Shown one piece after another: positions 1-7,650 of a stretch of 32,000 bases of DNA. A program made the position numbers and the translations under genes. The first letter of the stretch is position 1. Every line of letters starts with the position of its first letter. The stretch covers positions 240,001 to 272,000 of the forward strand of contig OZ245819.1 of the NCBI GenBank assembly GCA_965228485.1. The letters are read 5' to 3'. This DNA is from Candidatus Saccharimonadota bacterium. Its GTDB lineage: Bacteria; Patescibacteriota; Gracilibacteria; UBA4473. The notes under the pieces were generated by a model that had not been told where the DNA came from, ran no database searches, and worked only from the letters and a program-made list of their open reading frames with translations.

Positions 1-2
1 TG

Positions 3-182
3 TATTGGGAAGGAAAGAAGTATATTTATCGAATAAAACACTCTGAAGTTGTGAAACCAACACAGGTAGAAGTTCTAAATCAGCCAAAAGATAGGTTTTT
101 GATTACACTAATGACCTGTACGCCAGTGGGGACAAACAAAAATAGACTTATTCTTACTGGAGAACTTCGTCGACAGGAATAG
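3..182 (+). CDS. Sortase, C-terminal fragment (5' end lies outside the window)
   Basis: Frame-3 translation YWEGKKYIYRIKHSEVVKPTQVEVLNQPKDRFLITLMTCTPVGTNKNRLILTGELRRQE* contains the sortase catalytic TLxTC motif (LITLMTCTP) and a downstream conserved Arg. TAG stop at 180-182. Absent from the ORF track because there is no in-window start. Confidence 0.75.
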   Translation, partial: YWEGKKYIYRIKHSEVVKPTQVEVLNQPKDRFLITLMTCTPVGTNKNRLILTGELRRQE

Positions 183-294
183 TTATATCAAATAATCTTT
201 CAATCCAATAGAGTGTAAACTCAAAGTTTGTCACAACAAATATTGTGGGAATAGTGAGAAAATAATAAGTGGTAACCTTTTTTTCTTAAGCCAT

Positions 295-819
295 TTATTG
301 AGTGGCAATCAAAGCGTTCTTAGGGCTGACAAATTTTTGCCAACATCGAACAACTCCTTCATCATATAAGAATCCTGAAAGCCACTCGTGGTCATTGGTC
401 TCAACATAGTAAAAATCACCAGCAATAAAGATTTTTTGCGCCTCTATAGACACGAAATCCTCTGATTCAGAGTCTTTCAAAAAGGAGACTTCATAATTAG
501 CCGTTTCTACAAATGTAAAATTAGTGTGTCCTAGTGCTTCTTGTATTTCATTTTTAAGACTCTCATCAATCGATTCATCTTCAACTTCTCCAGCCATTAA
601 ATTTAGATGTTTCTGTGCCAGGTGCTTTGCAGCTTCCATGTTGTCGACAATAAAAGGACCTGCGACTCTTTCCCACAGAGGATTTCCTTCATCATCTTTA
701 AGGTCTTCATTCCAATAATAAACAATCGATTCAAAGCGAGCTGGAGTTTCTTCTGTTTCAAATATTGCAGCCTTGTAATTAAGACTATTAGACATAATCT
801 CTTCTAGTGGTTTACTCAT
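295..819 (-). CDS. Hypothetical acidic cytoplasmic protein
   Basis: The ORF runs 295-855. I prefer the internal ATG (MSKPLEEIM...) at 819, which sits 2 nt after the stop of the upstream gene (824-826) instead of overlapping it by 32 nt. No recognisable family motif. Confidence 0.5.
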   Translation of the reverse strand: MSKPLEEIMSNSLNYKAAIFETEETPARFESIVYYWNEDLKDDEGNPLWERVAGPFIVDNMEAAKHLAQKHLNLMAGEVEDESIDESLKNEIQEALGHTNFTFVETANYEVSFLKDSESEDFVSIEAQKIFIAGDFYYVETNDHEWLSGFLYDEGVVRCWQKFVSPKNALIATQ

Positions 820-823
820 TGCG

Positions 824-1213
824 CTAACCATACAAAAATATTCCAGCCACGACAAATGATTGGACTAAAATACAAAAGGTATAGATAAAGACAATTGGTT
901 TTTCTTCGTGTAAAACCCCATAGATAAACCAAAAACAAGATATAAATAAGTAGGCACTAAAAGTATAAACCGAAACTCCACCAGCTTCTTTTTCTACCCA
1001 TATATTCCAAAGCTGAGGTAGTGTTGCTATTGGTCCCAAAACCCCAACATAATAAATACATCTATCAATAAATTGTTTTATATTATCAGGATGAGGGTAA
1101 TCTTCTAGATAGTGATGAACTCTCTTTCGTACATGGAAATGATGCATGGCATCACTGTGTTGATTCTTTTTTATCTTTTTCTTTTTACGGAATATTTTTT
1201 TCAAAAATGCCAT
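824..1213 (-). CDS. SemiSWEET / PQ-loop sugar transporter with a basic, His-rich N-terminal extension
   Basis: The C-terminal ~85 aa (GVLGPIATLPQLWNIWVEKEAGGVSVYTFSAYLFISCFWFIYGVLHEEKPIVFIYTF...) matches the 3-TM SemiSWEET pattern: LPQ in TM1, GxS loop, W..YG in TM2. The N-terminal ~45 aa are Lys/His-rich. Confidence 0.65.
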   Translation of the reverse strand: MAFLKKIFRKKKKIKKNQHSDAMHHFHVRKRVHHYLEDYPHPDNIKQFIDRCIYYVGVLGPIATLPQLWNIWVEKEAGGVSVYTFSAYLFISCFWFIYGVLHEEKPIVFIYTFCILVQSFVVAGIFLYG

Positions 1214-1259
1214 TCTTTATTACTAATAAGCTTCTTAAATAAATATAACATAAAAAGTT

Positions 1260-1287
1260 TTGCAGGCTCTAAAAAAATGGCTATATT
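1260..1287 (+). promoter_or_regulatory. Putative sigma70-type promoter for tRNA-Val
   Basis: TTGCAG (1260-1265), 16-nt spacer, TATATT (1282-1287). This sits ~17 nt upstream of the tRNA 5' end. Confidence 0.4.
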
Positions 1288-1304
1288 CTCCCAGCATTTA
1301 TTGC

Positions 1305-1381
1305 GAGCGCGTAGCTCAGTTGGCTAGAGCATCTGGTTTACACCCAGGAGGTCGCGGGTTCGAATCCCTCCGCGCTCACCA
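1305..1381 (+). tRNA. tRNA-Val (anticodon UAC), CCA encoded
   Basis: Manual cloverleaf. Acceptor GAGCGCG/CGCGCTC. D arm GCTC-AGTTGGCTA-GAGC. Anticodon arm TCTGG-TTTACAC-CCAGG, giving anticodon TAC. Variable loop AGGTC. T arm GCGGG-TTCGAAT-CCCTC with one C-U mismatch. Discriminator A followed by CCA. Confidence 0.9.
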
Positions 1382-1382
1382 G

Positions 1383-1427
1383 AAAAACTCTTTAGATCTT
1401 GCTGGTCTGAAGAGTTTTTCTTTAGTA
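1383..1427 (+). terminator. Rho-independent terminator after tRNA-Val
   Basis: Stem AAAAACTCTT (1383-1392) pairs with AAGAGTTTTT (1410-1419) and is extendable with a U-G wobble. It is followed by TTTTTCTTT. Confidence 0.7.
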
Positions 1428-1440
1428 TTATTTTATTTGT

Positions 1441-2601
1441 ATGGAAGGAATCAAATGGCTTGAGAGTTTATACACCGAAAGGGCTTTCTTTCGTGACAAA
1501 CAAGTCCCTGATATCAAACCCTTTAAAGCATTGTTAGAAGCTCTCAGAAATCCTGATAAACAATTCGAATTAAGAGTTATTATTGGAGGAAGTGCGGGCA
1601 AGGGGACTGTTTGTCGCTATATAGAGCAAGTACTACTTTCGAAGGGCAAGAAAGTAACATTGATTACCTCGCCTCATGTTCAAGTAATTAATGAACGGAT
1701 TAGAATTAATGGCTGCTTAATTTCTGATAAAAGCTTAAACGAAACCTTATTGATCATAAAAAAAGCTTCTGATGAAATAGGTATTGTTCCGACACTTTAT
1801 GAAGCTATGGTTTTAGTTGGACTGGTAAAAGGTTCTAAGGTTAGTGATGTTTTAGTTGGAGAGATTGGCTTGGGCGGGGAGTGGGATGCCCTAAACTGTG
1901 TTAAGGGAAAAAGAATTTCGGGGCTCACATTTATCGGCTCTGATCATCTCGATATCCTTGGTCCAAAATTAGAAGATATAGCCAAAACCAAGGCTGGTAT
2001 TTTTACAAAAGATTGTATTTTTGGTTTTTCTTATGATAAAAATTTTTGTTCAATAATTAATAATTATTCAAATTGTGAAATTAATTATATAAAAGGTCTA
2101 AATAATAAATTGAATAAAAAATTAGCTCGAAAAATATGTGAACAAATTTTAAATTCAAATGATTTTTTGATGCAGAAACCAAAACTTCCATGTCGATGGG
2201 AAAAAATTGGTGATACTGTCATTTTAGAGGGCGCACATTCTGCTCCAAGATTTGAGTACATTTCATCAAAAATCAAAAAATCTAAATCGCCAAGAATCGC
2301 TTTGGTTGGAATGACCCAAAATCACAAATATGAAGATTTTGAAATCATTGCTCATTACTTTGATGAAATCATTTGGACTCAAGTTCCAGGGAAAGATTGT
2401 TGGTCTCCTAAGGAATTACAGTGTCATTTTAAGACTGGGATTATTAAAAATAACCCACTTGAGGGGTTTGAATTACTCAAGAAAAACGCCGAAGGTAAAA
2501 ACTTTGTTCTTGGGAGCTTTTATCTTTGTGGATATATTAGAGAACAATTTTATGCCCCAGAAGATATTGTTGTACAGCAAACAGAATTTCCACAGGATTA
2601 A
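1441..2601 (+). CDS. folC: Folylpolyglutamate synthase / dihydrofolate synthase-like Mur-ligase family protein
   Basis: N-terminal layout is typical of FolC: P-loop IGGSAGKGT (cf. GTNGKGS), then ITSPH...ERI.ING, and later GLGGEWDA and D.LG....IA..KAGI. Confidence 0.65.
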   Translation: MEGIKWLESLYTERAFFRDKQVPDIKPFKALLEALRNPDKQFELRVIIGGSAGKGTVCRYIEQVLLSKGKKVTLITSPHVQVINERIRINGCLISDKSLNETLLIIKKASDEIGIVPTLYEAMVLVGLVKGSKVSDVLVGEIGLGGEWDALNCVKGKRISGLTFIGSDHLDILGPKLEDIAKTKAGIFTKDCIFGFSYDKNFCSIINNYSNCEINYIKGLNNKLNKKLARKICEQILNSNDFLMQKPKLPCRWEKIGDTVILEGAHSAPRFEYISSKIKKSKSPRIALVGMTQNHKYEDFEIIAHYFDEIIWTQVPGKDCWSPKELQCHFKTGIIKNNPLEGFELLKKNAEGKNFVLGSFYLCGYIREQFYAPEDIVVQQTEFPQD

Positions 2602-3101
2602 AATAGACTAGTCTGCATTTGATCATCACTAAGATTTTCGCTGTCTTCAATTAAGCGTTCTATATCCCAGCTAGCACTTCCGTTGGCGAGCTCATCAGCT
2701 CTTTCATTTCCTTTATTTCCAGCATGCCCCTTAACCCATTGCCAAGTGACATCGAGTTCTTGATTTAGTTCGTAAGCAGTCTTAAATAGATCTAAGTTTT
2801 CAATTTTTTTACTTCCTGAGGTATTTCGTTTCCAGCCAAGAGCTTTCCATTTATGTCCCCAATTGGTAACACTTTCCATGACGTACTTACTGTCGGTAAA
2901 AAGAGTCACCGATGAAAGACCTTTTTCTTTAATCTTTTCTAAAGCGTAGATACAAGCACGATATTCCATGCGATTGTTGGTTGTTTCTCTATAGCCACAA
3001 GCATATTCATGGATAATTTTATCATTTTCCATAAAAACCACCCCGACTCCACCAGGTCCTGGATTGCCTAAACAACCGCCGTCGGTATAAATCTTAATCA
3101 T
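2598..3101 (-). CDS. rnhA: Ribonuclease HI
   Basis: IYTDGGCLGNPGPGG..., TNNRMEYRA, LFTDSKYV and GHAGNKGNERADELA match the RNase H DEDD motifs. The 3' end overlaps the convergent folC-like gene by 4 nt. Confidence 0.9.
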   Translation of the reverse strand: MIKIYTDGGCLGNPGPGGVGVVFMENDKIIHEYACGYRETTNNRMEYRACIYALEKIKEKGLSSVTLFTDSKYVMESVTNWGHKWKALGWKRNTSGSKKIENLDLFKTAYELNQELDVTWQWVKGHAGNKGNERADELANGSASWDIERLIEDSENLSDDQMQTSLF

Positions 3102-3145
3102 ATCGTGTCTAGTTTAGTATTAGACTTTCAAAAATCTATATTTTA

Positions 3146-3154
3146 TGCTATAAT
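3146..3154 (+). promoter_or_regulatory. Extended -10 promoter element (TGcTATAAT)
   Basis: TGcTATAAT at 3146-3154 lies 22 nt upstream of the ATG at 3177. This supports the 3177 start over the GTG at 3105. Confidence 0.45.
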
Positions 3155-3176
3155 TCTTAGATTTATTAAATTCATC

Positions 3177-5288
3177 ATGAAATTTCTTCATTCAAAGCAT
3201 TCAAATCTCAACTATCGTTTCATTTATTTTGCTGCTCCTGAGGCGGCGGAAGGCCCCTTTAGCGCTGAAAAACATGTTGTAGAAGAAAAGAGAAGTGATG
3301 AAGACATCAAAAAAGGACTTGCAGAACTTAATACTAAATTTGGGAATCAAGTAAAAGCGGATGACATTCCTAAGTATATCAAAGAAATAGATGGAGAGGG
3401 AGCTGATGAATATATTGATGATATCAAAGATATTCAAGCTCTTGCAGAGAAGCTAGAGAAAATATTTAGCACTAATGGATCCATTGAAGAGTTAGGCTTA
3501 GAAAATCTGACTAAAGAAGAGATGGAGAAAGTTAAAGCTAACATTGGAAAACTAAAAGGAGAATTAGATGAACATTTTAAAGGAAAAGATGTTGATCCAA
3601 ACCTTATTGAATCTTCAATGAATGAAGCTTTAAAAGAGAAAGGGAAAGAAAATCTTATGAATGAAACCTTCGTAATGGGGGTTAAAGATGAAGTTGTTGC
3701 CAAAATTGAACAATCGGCCCTACCTGCAACCGTAAAATTAGCTCAGCAAAAATTTCCAAATGCTACTCCAGAACAGCAAAAAGCTATCGGACAAGCCATT
3801 GGACAACTAGATAATAAGATTCTTGATGCCCTTCGGAAAAATGATGAGCCTATTCCAGGAATAAGTAGCGATCATATTGATCCCCGAATTACAAAAAAAG
3901 TTGAAGAAAAAATCAACGCATTGGTTGATACGCTAAAGGACAAAAAGCCAGAAGAAGTTCTTTCAGCCCTAGATTCCGGAAGTGATGCAATCGTCAAGGC
4001 TATCTTAGAAGATCCAATCTTGCAAACTATCAAAGAAGAAAGAGAAAAAGCTTATACAGATAAAAGTTTGAGTAACGAGTCTTTAGCAACAGGAGTTGTT
4101 AAAGAAAATCCTGAAGATGGAGAATCACCATTGGATCTTCGAGAAGGAAGTATTTATAAAGTTGAAGATCTTAATGTTGGTCCACCAGCTCAAGATATCA
4201 AATTTCCAAATTCAGAAGATCTCAAAACAATTGGGGCCGGGGACTTATACCCACCAGAAGTTAGAGCTATTAGCATTAATGGTAAAACCGCAACAAGAGA
4301 AGGAGTTGGTGGTGGATTTTTCTATGAAAACGGAGAATATGCAAAAATTGTTGATGGAGATAAAGTTGAAGTTAGTAAATTAGCAAGCACGGAAACAGAA
4401 GAAGGTAAAGCCCTTATGAGAGAGCTAAACGAAATGCGAGAATCTCAAGCTAAAGCAAGTGAAGAATTTAAATTTGAATACCGAGGTGAAGACAGAGAAA
4501 TTGAAGTCGCTCCAGGGCAAAAGTTTAAAACTTCTGAACTAGTGGCTCAAATGTCAGAACGATACGGTATAGACCCAAATCTACTTATGGAAAGAGCTGG
4601 GGAGATTAGCTCCCAAGGAACTGAATATCTGAAAGATTTGAATATGACAGCTCGAGCGATCCAAAAATCGCTAATAAGCTCTGGAGTACCAAAAGAAGAA
4701 TGGTATGTGACTCAAAATGGGAGAAGATATATGAATCCTAAACTTCTTCGAGGTTTTGTAGGAGGAAATGAAGAAGCCGTTGATCGATACGTAGAAAGTA
4801 GCGGTGCTCAATATACAGAAGACGAAATCAAAGAATTAAAAGAGGCTTTCCCAGGACTTGATGGTCTGGATGGAGCGGATAGATTAAGTGATGCCCAAGT
4901 GAGAGCTGCTTTAGGAAGTAAGTTTAATATTAAGTCAGGCGCACACCTCGAAGGGTACAGAGCTTCTGCTACTCAAGGACTTTTACTCTTGCATGAATGG
5001 GTTAATAGTAAAAACGGCGGGAATGCCCCGAAAGGAACTATTACTGATTTAACCAATACAGGAAATCTTGGTGGCGGTGTTCGCCATGCAGGAGGTACGT
5101 ATTCTCACGGAAACGGATATAAGGCAGACTTACGTTCTTGGGATGAATTTGGTAAAGCTCTAGCTAACGCTACAGGGTTACACCGAAACGGTAGCATGAC
5201 CATTACAAGTATTCCTGGATATCAAATTAAGGTTTTACGTCATAGAGGGACTGGTGATCACTTTGATGTACAGTTTAAGCCTGCTTAA
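3177..5288 (+). CDS. Large acidic Lys/Glu-rich protein with a C-terminal LAS/peptidase-M15-like zinc-hydrolase signature (putative cell-wall hydrolase)
   Basis: The ORF is open from 3105 (GTG). The ATG at 3177 is preferred because the promoter lies inside 3105-3176. The first ~450 aa are low-complexity and E/K-rich. The C-terminus carries SHGNGYKAD, i.e. H-x6-D (H at 5106-5108, D at 5127-5129), plus GDHFD (H at 5259-5261) 44 aa later. That geometry is seen in VanX/VanY, hedgehog and DD-carboxypeptidase folds. Confidence 0.4.
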   Translation: MKFLHSKHSNLNYRFIYFAAPEAAEGPFSAEKHVVEEKRSDEDIKKGLAELNTKFGNQVKADDIPKYIKEIDGEGADEYIDDIKDIQALAEKLEKIFSTNGSIEELGLENLTKEEMEKVKANIGKLKGELDEHFKGKDVDPNLIESSMNEALKEKGKENLMNETFVMGVKDEVVAKIEQSALPATVKLAQQKFPNATPEQQKAIGQAIGQLDNKILDALRKNDEPIPGISSDHIDPRITKKVEEKINALVDTLKDKKPEEVLSALDSGSDAIVKAILEDPILQTIKEEREKAYTDKSLSNESLATGVVKENPEDGESPLDLREGSIYKVEDLNVGPPAQDIKFPNSEDLKTIGAGDLYPPEVRAISINGKTATREGVGGGFFYENGEYAKIVDGDKVEVSKLASTETEEGKALMRELNEMRESQAKASEEFKFEYRGEDREIEVAPGQKFKTSELVAQMSERYGIDPNLLMERAGEISSQGTEYLKDLNMTARAIQKSLISSGVPKEEWYVTQNGRRYMNPKLLRGFVGGNEEAVDRYVESSGAQYTEDEIKELKEAFPGLDGLDGADRLSDAQVRAALGSKFNIKSGAHLEGYRASATQGLLLLHEWVNSKNGGNAPKGTITDLTNTGNLGGGVRHAGGTYSHGNGYKADLRSWDEFGKALANATGLHRNGSMTITSIPGYQIKVLRHRGTGDHFDVQFKPA

Positions 5289-6984
5289 CAACTTCAAGTA
5301 ATTGATCTTCGGAAATTATTTTCTTATTTTCAAGGTCTTTTCGAGCAACTACTTCCAACTCGTTATTTTCTAGAAGTTTTTCTGAAACAACTACTCTAAA
5401 AGGAATTCCAAGAAGTTCATGGTTTCCAAATTTTTGACCTGGACCTGATTTTTTATCTTGTCGATCATCATATAAAACCTCAATTCCAGCTGACAATAAT
5501 TCTTTGTAAAGTTCATCAGCTTTATCAAAAACAGTTTGAGATTTACCAATTGGGGCTAAGTAAACCTGGAATGGGGCAATGTTTTCTGGCCAAATAATTC
5601 CTTTTTCATCTCTATGGATTTCAACAACGGTCGCCATGGTTCTTCCTAGTCCAATTCCATAACATCCCATGTAATAAGGAACTCCTTTCCCCTGTTCATC
5701 GATATACACCGCATCTTTCATTTTATCGGTGTAGTGAGTTCCCAATTGAAAAATATTCCCAACTTCAACCCCTGTTTTTTCAATTAGTTTTTGTCCATTT
5801 GGAGCGGTTGCACCATCATAAGCAATAGCAAGATCGGCTAAAAATTCACACTCAAAGTCTCTTCCATAATTAACATTTCGGGTATCGGTAGTATCTTCTT
5901 TTTGTCCTCCAATGAAGTTTTTAACGGATGTTAGCGACGTATCTCCAATATACCTTGCCTTATGCCCCCAAGAATGAACATACCCGGGTTTAGTTCCCAG
6001 GGCTGCCAGGTCTTCTTCGGTTGCAGGCTCTAATTGTCCAGTAGCATTAAGAACCTTTTCAACTTTTGTTTTATTCACTTCTAAATCGCCTCTAATAGTT
6101 ACAATTATAATTTCTTCTGTAGTAATGTTTTTGAACACTACATTTTTCAAAAACCTAGAAGCTGGAAGTTTATAGTGTTTTTCATTGTCTTCCATTGTTT
6201 TAACCCATTGAGGTTGCTCAATGACTTCTAACGGCAAGACCTCATCATCAGGGTTGATTTCATCTCTCACAAATTCTGCAACATCTTCATGGGCACAATA
6301 ACTTCCATCTAAAGTTTCAAAGAAGGTTCCTTCTCCAATAGGTGTTTCTACCTGGTATTCATGACAATAATCTCCACCAATATAACCACCATCTGCTTCA
6401 ACTTTTTTAGTTTCTAGGCCTAAATCTTTAAAAATATCGGTATAGGTATCCGCCATTTCATCATAGGTTTGAGAAAAAGCTTTTTCGTCCACATCAAAAC
6501 TATAAGCATCTTTCATAACGAACTCTCTCACCCTCAATAGCCCCCCTCTAGCACGAGCTTCGTCTCGAAATTTAGTAGAAAATTGATAAATATTAAATGG
6601 TAGTTCTTTGTAGCTAACCTGCCGTTTTCTGACTACATCTACCATCATTTCTTCAGCGGTTCCTCCAAGAGCAAAATCTGCTCCTCTGCGATCCTGAACT
6701 GTCATGAGTTCAAAACCCGTAGTACTAGTCCTGTTGGTTTCCTCCCAGAGCTCTAGAGGATGTAAAGTTGGGGTAATCATTTCCTGAGCACCTGCCGCAT
6801 CCATTCGAGCTTTAATAACCGCTTTAATTTTATCATGAACCCGCCATCCTAGAGGCAAGAAAAAATACCTCCCGGCTACAGATTCTGCAATAAATCCTCC
6901 TTTAAGTAATAATTGGTGACTGACCATCTCTGATCCAGACTGCGATTCTTTAACTGGTTTTCCGAATAATTTTGTATATTTCAT
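5275..6984 (-). CDS. proS: Prolyl-tRNA synthetase (bacterial type, with an insertion/editing-domain region)
   Basis: Length and motifs match ProRS: SHQLLLKGGFI, GRYFFLPLGWRV, a class II core (FRDE.RARGGLLRVREF.MKDAYSF) and a C-terminal anticodon-binding domain. Confidence 0.9.
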   Translation of the reverse strand: MKYTKLFGKPVKESQSGSEMVSHQLLLKGGFIAESVAGRYFFLPLGWRVHDKIKAVIKARMDAAGAQEMITPTLHPLELWEETNRTSTTGFELMTVQDRRGADFALGGTAEEMMVDVVRKRQVSYKELPFNIYQFSTKFRDEARARGGLLRVREFVMKDAYSFDVDEKAFSQTYDEMADTYTDIFKDLGLETKKVEADGGYIGGDYCHEYQVETPIGEGTFFETLDGSYCAHEDVAEFVRDEINPDDEVLPLEVIEQPQWVKTMEDNEKHYKLPASRFLKNVVFKNITTEEIIIVTIRGDLEVNKTKVEKVLNATGQLEPATEEDLAALGTKPGYVHSWGHKARYIGDTSLTSVKNFIGGQKEDTTDTRNVNYGRDFECEFLADLAIAYDGATAPNGQKLIEKTGVEVGNIFQLGTHYTDKMKDAVYIDEQGKGVPYYMGCYGIGLGRTMATVVEIHRDEKGIIWPENIAPFQVYLAPIGKSQTVFDKADELYKELLSAGIEVLYDDRQDKKSGPGQKFGNHELLGIPFRVVVSEKLLENNELEVVARKDLENKKIISEDQLLEVVKQA

Positions 6985-7027
6985 TTCTTATCCATCTTAT
7001 TAATTTTTGATTTTTTAAAAATTCAAA

Positions 7028-7055
7028 TTGACGCCTTTTTTATGATGCATAATTT
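7028..7055 (+). promoter_or_regulatory. Putative promoter immediately upstream of ATG 7063
   Basis: TTGACG (7028-7033) and TGcATAATT (7046-7054). The -10 element ends 8 nt before the ATG, so the transcript may be leaderless. Confidence 0.35.
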
Positions 7056-7062
7056 AAGCTAA

Positions 7063-7650
7063 ATGGAAGCTTATGATTTACGTGACGTTCTACAAAAAGA
7101 ACCCGAAGTACTAGAAACTTCGATTGGACGAAAACAAGCAGAATTTATCTGTGCACAAACAAATCGTCGAATATTGATTGTTACTTCTGGAATAGAAGCA
7201 CGAACTGCAGCGTTTGTCAGAAAAGGGGAGAGTGCTTTACACCTGAATGAAAATCTAGCCGCCAATGATAACCCATCAATTTCCCATGTAATAAAGCATG
7301 AAGAAAATCACTTCAAACTTCCTTGGGAGTTAAATTTTAGCTCTTTCCCTCATAATAAGGCTTGCATTTTGGCTCAGCACCTAGGTATTAGCCCTGAAGA
7401 AGTACTTGAGGATCGTTTTTGGATAGAAGGGGCCGTGGAGGCCAAGACTATCGGCGAAAAGGGAATTGATCATAATGTAGCTTATTTACATAGAGAGGTG
7501 CCAGTTTTTGAGCACCTAAATCAACTTTTTATGAAACATACAGGAAAAAGTTTTAAAGCTTTATTTATTAAAGGAAAGGAAGAAGAAATTGTTCAAAGTA
7601 TGCTGGATTTGGCCAATATTCTAGAATTAAAAGCCCAATTAGCAGCCTAG
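7063..7650 (+). CDS. Hypothetical protein
   Basis: 195-aa ORF with no family recognised. Its stop (TAG 7648-7650) directly abuts the stop of the convergent gene (7651-7653). Confidence 0.5.
   Translation: MEAYDLRDVLQKEPEVLETSIGRKQAEFICAQTNRRILIVTSGIEARTAAFVRKGESALHLNENLAANDNPSISHVIKHEENHFKLPWELNFSSFPHNKACILAQHLGISPEEVLEDRFWIEGAVEAKTIGEKGIDHNVAYLHREVPVFEHLNQLFMKHTGKSFKALFIKGKEEEIVQSMLDLANILELKAQLAA

Noticed and set aside
820-855. Upstream ATG (855) for ORF 295-855
   Set aside because: It would overlap the preceding gene by 32 nt and would add the hydrophobic/Cys-rich peptide MSWLEYFCMVSA. The internal ATG at 819 fits the tight operon spacing. Not proven.
1260-1463. 67-aa ORF (and the overlapping 1112-1327 ORF) spanning the tRNA-Val locus
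   Set aside because: It is read straight through a well-formed tRNA cloverleaf and its terminator, so the tRNA explains the region. It has no coding signature.
3105-3176. GTG at 3105 as the start of the large ORF (727-aa version)
   Set aside because: It lies 3 nt from the divergent rnhA start codon, leaving no room for a promoter. An extended -10 box (TGcTATAAT, 3146-3154) lies inside this stretch, so ATG 3177 is more plausible. The question remains open without 5'-end mapping.
7297-7311. HEENH (HExxH zinc-metalloprotease motif) in hypothetical protein 7063-7650
   Set aside because: A five-residue pattern occurs often by chance. There is no third ligand motif, Met-turn or hydrophobic helix context, so a protease call is not supported.
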